A DNA stretch of 64,000 nt from Spirochaetia bacterium. GTDB taxonomy: Bacteria; Spirochaetota; Spirochaetia; UBA9216. Positions within the stretch are counted from its first letter, which is position 1. The number at the start of each line of letters is the position of its first letter. Of the stretch, positions 58,464 to 64,000 are shown one piece after another. The DNA is taken from NCBI GenBank assembly GCA_963677925.2, contig CAXXYH010000003.1, forward strand, positions 1,472,001 to 1,536,000. The letters are read 5' to 3'. Position numbers and translations under genes: made by a program. Below the pieces are notes generated by a model, which saw nothing but the letters and a program-made list of their open reading frames with translations, was not told the DNA's origin and searched no databases.

Positions 58464-58949
58464 CTATTTGAGCATATATGCATTGTAGCAAATCTCTCCG
58501 GTCTGCTTTATTCCCATGACAGCAAATGCAATGACCCCGTTAAGCCACTTATATTTTTCAGCTCCTGTCTGAAAAAACAGATGCTGTCGAAAATAATAAT
58601 TTCCAGGGTCTACAAACTCGCCTCGGTCAAGAGCTTCATCCTGCTCTTTACTATTAATGTATCTGCCGTTGGTTGAGATAGCAATATTCGCCCCATCATC
58701 GGTCTTTAGCAGATATCTTGTATCCATCACATCAACTCCGTCTTTATCCATAAAATTCCAGTCTGCACCGAAGTTTAAAATTTCGCCCCTCATCTTTTCA
58801 CCTTCAAAATATCCGCCGACCACCGGATAGATATTGAGGTCCGCCGTCCCGATATCTCCAATTGGAATTATCGGGGCACAGTCGGCTTCAAGGTAAAAGA
58901 GCTTTTCAACTTTTAGCTCCGGTATCTTAAGAGGATTCGATTTATCCAT
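58464..58949 (-). CDS. DUF3237-family protein
   Basis: VVGGYFEG, GADW, DTRYLLKTDDGA, YYFR, KYKWLN motifs. Confidence 0.88.
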   Translation of the reverse strand: MDKSNPLKIPELKVEKLFYLEADCAPIIPIGDIGTADLNIYPVVGGYFEGEKMRGEILNFGADWNFMDKDGVDVMDTRYLLKTDDGANIAISTNGRYINSKEQDEALDRGEFVDPGNYYFRQHLFFQTGAEKYKWLNGVIAFAVMGIKQTGEICYNAYMLK

Positions 58950-58964
58950 TCTTTTACCTCTTAA

Positions 58965-60371
58965 TTATTCGATGCCTTCCAGCGAATATTCTTCACCGTT
59001 TCTCTTCTTTGCAAGAGCCCCTTCAACCAGCTCAAACTTCTTACTCTTAAGCGGATAGAAAAGAAGAAACACCAGAGATGCCGCATGCAGGACGAGTGGA
59101 AAAACAGTAATCAACATAGTCATTCCGGATAAGGCCTTCTCGGATTGTTCCATCGCATTAGGGACATATTCAAAAACCTCCAGGACCAGACCTATCAGCC
59201 ACATGGCAACTGCGCCGCCCATCTTCAGAATAAAAGAAGTATAAGAAACTAAAATACCATCGTGCCTGGTTCCTGTTTTAAGTTCGGAGAGATCTCCAAT
59301 TTCATAGGCGAATGTATAACCATAGGTCCACAGTGAGAATACAGAAAAGCTCCAGAAAGTAAAATAAAGCAGAAATACCCAGAACTGAGTCATATCAAGA
59401 ACATAGGGTATGGTGAAAAGAAGGAGTCCTGTGATTATTACAGAAAAAACATAAATATTATGATTGGAGAATTTATTCCTAACAAGATGTGCACCGAAAA
59501 TCCAAATTAAATTGAACACTGCAGCAATTGTAAAGACACCGCCAATCTGCGCATCATTGAATCCTGCCTTGTAAATCATCACATAGGGCATAGAGCTTTG
59601 CACGACAACCTGACTTATTGCAAGGATAAAACTGAAAGCAAGAAGATATCGATAGGGCTTAAGCTTTATAACATCCTTCAGCGATTTAATTGGATTTTCT
59701 GACGGGATAACAGCATTCTTATCCTCCCTGCCCCTGGTCGCATTCCAGGCAATAAATCCCAGAATAAAACCTACGATTGCTACTACAATCACCGAAAGCT
59801 GCCAGCCCTTCGCTCCGGATGCTGTTTTTTCAGCAAAAAAGCCGATCGCAGGCCACATAAAAGTATTCAAAAACACCATTGTGACGACAAGAAAGAAAGT
59901 TGCAAAATACCTTAGTGAAGTTCTTTCCTGCGGGTCAGCTGTAATATCAGTGGCAAGGGTATTATAAGGAATGTCGTACATTGTCAAACCGAGCCAGAAC
60001 ACCATTGCCATAAATGTGTAATAAAAGTTCTTCATTCCCTGGCTGAATTCAACAACAGTAAAAAGTAATACTGCAGATACAGCAACAATAAAAAGGCCTA
60101 TGATCATATAAGGACGTTTTCTACCGTACTTTGATTTAGAACGATCTGAAAGATAACCCACAGCAGGATCTGAAATCCCATCCCATAATACTGCAATGAA
60201 CGAGATGGTTCCTGCATAAATAGGTGAAATACCTGCAACATCTGTAAGAAATAGCATAAAGAAGATATAGAACAGGTTATACAGCAGAACACTTATCCCG
60301 CCGTAACCGGCTCCATAACCGAACTTGAACCAGAAACCAAGTTTTTTTACACCAACACCGGTATCACTCAT
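58965..60371 (-). CDS. MFS glycoside-pentoside-hexuronide (GPH) family transporter
   Basis: WDGISDPAVGYLSDRSKSKYGRKRPY, IPYNTL, ERT motifs. Confidence 0.92.
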   Translation of the reverse strand: MSDTGVGVKKLGFWFKFGYGAGYGGISVLLYNLFYIFFMLFLTDVAGISPIYAGTISFIAVLWDGISDPAVGYLSDRSKSKYGRKRPYMIIGLFIVAVSAVLLFTVVEFSQGMKNFYYTFMAMVFWLGLTMYDIPYNTLATDITADPQERTSLRYFATFFLVVTMVFLNTFMWPAIGFFAEKTASGAKGWQLSVIVVAIVGFILGFIAWNATRGREDKNAVIPSENPIKSLKDVIKLKPYRYLLAFSFILAISQVVVQSSMPYVMIYKAGFNDAQIGGVFTIAAVFNLIWIFGAHLVRNKFSNHNIYVFSVIITGLLLFTIPYVLDMTQFWVFLLYFTFWSFSVFSLWTYGYTFAYEIGDLSELKTGTRHDGILVSYTSFILKMGGAVAMWLIGLVLEVFEYVPNAMEQSEKALSGMTMLITVFPLVLHAASLVFLLFYPLKSKKFELVEGALAKKRNGEEYSLEGIE

Positions 60372-60406
60372 GATACTCTCTCCTTCTTATATAATATGAA
60401 AGTAAG

Positions 60407-62035
60407 CTAAAGCTTTCTATATACCACCTCTCCATTCATCACAGTCAGTTTTACCTCGGTAGAAGGTATTTCTTTATGGGATACTTCAAGAAGATTCTTC
60501 GACAGAACTATAAGATCTGCAAGCTTTCCTTCTTCTAAAGTTCCCAGTTCACTATCCATATTCTCAACGTAGGCTGAGCCTGACGTATATCCTTTTAATA
60601 CATCAGCGACAGAAATCCTCTCTTTAAGATTAAATACTTTTTCAGTGGTATCATTAGACTGCTTTCTTTCAACAGCAGCGTAGATATTATGGAAGGGATT
60701 CATGTCGGCAATGGGTGAGTCAGTTCCAAAGGCGTATTTTGCGCCGGTTTTTATTATTGATTTCAGCGCCCATGCTCTTTTTACACGATCTTCCCCCACA
60801 ATTTCAGCAAAACTGTCACTGCTTAAGACTGCATGACAGGGCATCATCGAAGCAGTTACTCCAAGAGCTTTGAATCTGGGAATATCGGAATCCTGAATAT
60901 TTTCAATATGCTCAATGGAATGTCTAAGGTCTTTTGAGCCATTCACTTTTTTCACTTCTTCGAATATATCAAGACATAATCTCACAGCTCCATCACCAAT
61001 GGCATGCACCCTTACGCTGAAACCATTCTTATCAGCATCAACAATTTGAGCTCTCAGAACATCCTCTTCTATAACCAGTCCCCCATTGTTTGCAGGTTGA
61101 TCAGAATATGGTTGAACCATGTAGGCAGTATGAGTTTCAACAACGCCGTCGGCCAGCTGCTTCAATCCGCAGAATTTTAGTTTTTCAGATGTAAAACATT
61201 TTTTAAGCTCCCATGATTCGTCAAGATCATTTTTTAATTCAGAGAAAAACATTATCCTTGTATTTAAGCGATTCTCATCATCCAGGCTTTGAAAAATATT
61301 ATAGGCATTTTGCTTCGCCACTCCTCTGGGAAAAACATCAGCAATGGTGGTTATTCCGAATTGATTTGCCCTCTTCAAGAATTTTTCAATAACAGTTTTC
61401 AGCCTTTCATCAGAAATACTTAATGCAGGTGTGGTAACCAGCATTACAGCCTCAGGCTCGAAAAGTAATCCGCTGACCTCACCGTTTTCAAGGCGTTCAA
61501 TCCCTTTTATTTCTGAATCACCTGCAGATAAGCTAATTCCAGCTAACTCCAGTGCGATATTGTTAACCCATGCAGAATGCATATCAAAACTTTGGAGGCA
61601 TATAGGTCTGTCGGTATTAATTTTATTAAGAGTATTCTTGCTTGGAAGCTTGTGTTCAGGCCACATCCAGTGATTCCAGCCCACTCCGTAGATCCAGGGA
61701 TTATCCGGATGTTCAGAAGCAAAAGCTTCAACCCGACGAACACATTCATCTTCACTAGAGCAATCAAATAATGAAATGCAATAAGATTCATCAGACAACA
61801 AACTGCTGTCTGAAAGATGGAAGTGTGCATCATTAAATCCAGGCATTATTAGTTCATCAGTATAAGTGAGGACTTCTGTCATCGGCCCGATATAGTTTTT
61901 AATTTCGGCGTCTGTTCCTACTGCGATTATTCTATCAGCTTTTACAGCAACCCCGCCGCTTATAACCTTGTCGCTCAGGCCCGTAAATATAGCATTGCTT
62001 TTTATTACCAGATCGGCTTCTGTTCGGCTCTCCAT
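60407..62035 (-). CDS. Amidohydrolase_3 (YtcJ/NfdA-like) metallo-amidohydrolase
   Basis: PGFNDAHFH, HSAWVN, ADG, VHAIGD, IEH, GTDSP, GKLADL motifs. Confidence 0.92.
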   Translation of the reverse strand: MESRTEADLVIKSNAIFTGLSDKVISGGVAVKADRIIAVGTDAEIKNYIGPMTEVLTYTDELIMPGFNDAHFHLSDSSLLSDESYCISLFDCSSEDECVRRVEAFASEHPDNPWIYGVGWNHWMWPEHKLPSKNTLNKINTDRPICLQSFDMHSAWVNNIALELAGISLSAGDSEIKGIERLENGEVSGLLFEPEAVMLVTTPALSISDERLKTVIEKFLKRANQFGITTIADVFPRGVAKQNAYNIFQSLDDENRLNTRIMFFSELKNDLDESWELKKCFTSEKLKFCGLKQLADGVVETHTAYMVQPYSDQPANNGGLVIEEDVLRAQIVDADKNGFSVRVHAIGDGAVRLCLDIFEEVKKVNGSKDLRHSIEHIENIQDSDIPRFKALGVTASMMPCHAVLSSDSFAEIVGEDRVKRAWALKSIIKTGAKYAFGTDSPIADMNPFHNIYAAVERKQSNDTTEKVFNLKERISVADVLKGYTSGSAYVENMDSELGTLEEGKLADLIVLSKNLLEVSHKEIPSTEVKLTVMNGEVVYRKL

Positions 62036-62161
62036 GGTAAAAATGGTAACCCGATTAATAGAATAGCGAAATTATCCGATTTAGTTCTTTTATGGTACCC
62101 GGCTTGATAGATAAGGTACACTTCCGGGCACCTTTTTCATAATTCCAGAGATGCTTATCAA

Positions 62162-62923
62162 TTATTTAAAGTTATAACCGATTAACTGAGTACGTCTTGT
62201 CACTTCAAGTTTTTTATAAATATTTTTGAGATGTTTTTTAACTGTATGTTCGCTTATAAAGAGACTGTCCGCTATATCCGCATTTGAAAAACCTTTTATT
62301 ACAAGGAACAGAACTTCAATTTCACGACGTGTAAGCCGGTATCCCTTTTCGAGCTGATATTTATCTGGCAAAACGGAACTGTTATCAGCTTTTATTTTTT
62401 TATCTTCGATATATAAGCGATGGGCCAGATGTTCCTTTAATTGATTTAATACAAATAAATCCTTCTGCGAGAAATCTTCACTATCTTTGGGACGGTATAA
62501 ACAAATGATTCCAAGCAAATCATTTTCCAGAGCCAGGCAAAGCTGCATTGCAAAATGGATTCCCTTGCTTTCGTAGAATTCTTTATAAAACAGGGAATTT
62601 TCTCTTTCGACACATGATATAAGATTTGTCTCAATAAAGGCCATATTCTTTGCAGCAAGATAAATCCATCTTGTATAATCAAGCTGTTCATATTCATCAT
62701 ATTCATATACATCTTCAGTTTCCGGAATATTAAAATATACCATATCTGAAAAAAGGTGTTTTCCGTCTCCTGATGCAAGACCGAAGGTTGCTGAATCATA
62801 AGGAATAATTAATTGAATCAGACCAAGAAATATTTCACGCATTTCTTTCAGGTCTTCTATTGTATGGATTTTATAGATTAGATCATTTAAAAACAGCCAT
62901 TCATTTTCCTGCAAATAAGACAT
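62162..62923 (-). CDS. LuxR-type one-component regulator with GAF-like sensor domain
   Basis: C-terminal LTRREIEVL...SNADIADSLFISEHTVKKHLKNIYKKL; no receiver domain. Confidence 0.9.
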   Translation of the reverse strand: MSYLQENEWLFLNDLIYKIHTIEDLKEMREIFLGLIQLIIPYDSATFGLASGDGKHLFSDMVYFNIPETEDVYEYDEYEQLDYTRWIYLAAKNMAFIETNLISCVERENSLFYKEFYESKGIHFAMQLCLALENDLLGIICLYRPKDSEDFSQKDLFVLNQLKEHLAHRLYIEDKKIKADNSSVLPDKYQLEKGYRLTRREIEVLFLVIKGFSNADIADSLFISEHTVKKHLKNIYKKLEVTRRTQLIGYNFK

Positions 62924-62969
62924 CCACGCACCACCTGTGGGTATAGATTATACAACACAGAATCAGAAT

Positions 62970-63064
62970 TGGAAAGTTGAGGATTTTTTCATTCATTGCA
63001 GATTGTAAAGCTGCAGGTAGGGAATTGTTTTTTTTGGGAGGCCTGAAAGTAATAAGATTTAGTG
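62970..63064 (+). pseudogene. Probable MazE antitoxin remnant
   Basis: Frameshifted tail ...FGRPESNKI-TAG-TGA resembles the MazE ending WGxPxGxEIW and overlaps the GTG of the mazF remnant. The 5' boundary is approximate. Confidence 0.4.
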
Positions 63065-63265
63065 AACAGCTAATATATTCCACAAGAAGATGATTTAATC
63101 TGCTTGAATTTTACTCCCAAATCAGGGCATGAACAGGCAGGAAAAAGACCTGCAATAGTTTTATCGCTACTCGAATATAATAAGAGAACAAGTTTCTTTA
63201 TTGCCTGCTCAATACGAGTAAAACAGAAGATCATTAATTTGAAGGAAAACTTGATGGAGAGATAA
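63062..63265 (+). pseudogene. mazF: MazF/PemK toxin pseudogene (not in ORF track)
   Basis: GTG AAC AGC TAA, then YIPQEDDLICLNFTPKSGHEQAGKRPAIVLSLLEYNKRT; early in-frame stop and missing C-terminal half. Confidence 0.85.
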
Positions 63266-63275
63266 TTTCTAAACC

Positions 63276-63689
63276 TCACACAACAAAGCGTTTCCAGATT
63301 AAACGTTCACCCTGGAAATTAACAAGATATCCCAACCTGAAGCCAGAGATATGCAGATAATTAAGAAGCTGCGCTTCATGAATTGTCCCCAGTGCTTTTA
63401 CTGATTTTAGTTCTATTATGACCTTGCATTCAACAACCAGATCTGCGAAAAACTCACCGACCTGATTACCCTTATAGCTGACATTAAACGGAGCATTATA
63501 ACTAACACTAAGCCCCTGTGATCGAATTTCAAAATATAGCGCTTTGCGATAACAGCTTTCGAGCAGCCCACACCCCAATTCATTGTGCACACTGATACAT
63601 GCACCAATAATTTTATTTGATAAATCTTTTATAGCGTTTCTACACTGACAGTTTTCAAAGAAAACTGTCAAATCTTTTGTCAACGACAA
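63276..63689 (-). CDS. GxxExxY protein (PD-(D/E)XK nuclease superfamily)
   Basis: VHNELGCGLLESCY, ADLVVE, IIELKS, QLLNYL, GYLVNF motifs. Start uncertain. Confidence 0.88.
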   Translation of the reverse strand: MSLTKDLTVFFENCQCRNAIKDLSNKIIGACISVHNELGCGLLESCYRKALYFEIRSQGLSVSYNAPFNVSYKGNQVGEFFADLVVECKVIIELKSVKALGTIHEAQLLNYLHISGFRLGYLVNFQGERLIWKRFVV

Positions 63690-63881
63690 AAGATTCAGCC
63701 TCTCTGTTTTTATTCAAAACAGGCAGTCTCAGGATAATACAATCTTTCTCTTCATTCCTTCAGCTTCGCATCCGGTGCTACTATTTTGAGTTAGACTATG
63801 TGGCTTAACGTAGTCCGTGCACCGCGACCTCGCTTACCTCCAAAATCCGTGTTACCACGGCGATCTTTCTATATCCGTGGC

Positions 63882-63915
63882 AAAAAAAACCGGCAAAGAT
63901 TAAATCCTTACCGGT
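63882..63915 (-). terminator. Intrinsic terminator
   Basis: ACCGGTAAGGAT-tta-ATCTTTGCCGGT followed by a T-run on the minus strand. Confidence 0.75.
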
Positions 63916-63940
63916 CTTATAACTTACTATCTCTTATTTT

Positions 63941-64000
63941 CTACAAATCTATCGGATAGGTTCCGTATTTTTCAACAGTCTCTACCATTGCCATCAGTGA
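63941..64000 (-). CDS. C-terminal fragment of a gene entering from the right edge, probably another URO-D/MT2-family protein
   Basis: Reads SLMAMVETVEKYGTYPIDL-TAG, similar to VVDLVRKYGNYPLNL near the end of 42257-43423; followed by a terminator. Confidence 0.55.
   Translation of the reverse strand, partial: SLMAMVETVEKYGTYPIDL

Noticed and set aside
62040-62160. ACCCGA/ATCCGA/ACCCGG words upstream of the amidohydrolase as LuxR boxes
   Set aside because: Too short and irregularly spaced to distinguish from chance.
1-64000. CRISPR arrays, tRNA/rRNA, intact IS or prophage genes, Sec/Pyl read-through
   Set aside because: No regularly spaced repeats, RNA-gene signatures, transposase or integrase ORFs, or homology continuing past TGA/TAG stops were seen by eye; covariance-model searches were not run.

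Overview
Gene-dense bacterial chromosome segment, mostly on the minus strand and devoted to carbohydrate and organic-acid catabolism. It probably comes from an anaerobic free-living spirochaete; this is inferred from the binding-protein leader style, the porin type and the ferredoxin oxidoreductase. Main blocks: (1) 1.5-17 kb, a FadR-controlled sugar/aldonate locus (Mgl-like ABC, cupin, two Zn dehydrogenases with one split at an A10 tract, HAD-family dehydrogenase, lactonase, PfkB kinase, gnd, LarA-family epimerase, two TIM-barrel epimerases) with six TTGT-N3-ACAA-type operators. (2) 17-23.3 kb, a second FadR with a sugar ABC system and an MBL hydrolase. (3) 23.4-36.5 kb, a sigma-54 operon (dehydrogenase, RraA-type aldolase, TctCBA, B3-like MBL, amidohydrolase, 2-oxoacid:ferredoxin oxidoreductase, CoA-acylating aldehyde dehydrogenase) converging on a PrpR-like activator. 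(4) A porin, a two-component pair and a hydrolase. (5) 41-56 kb, a deoxy-sugar region with a mutarotase, an ABC system, three URO-D/MT2-like proteins, two LacI regulators and fucI. (6) 56-63 kb, a LuxR-linked amidohydrolase/MFS/DUF3237/agmatinase/putrescine aminotransferase operon. (7) A decayed mazEF and a GxxExxY gene. No rRNA, tRNA, CRISPR array or intact transposase was seen. The best candidates for undescribed systems are blocks 5, 3, 6 and 1; all substrate assignments are inference.
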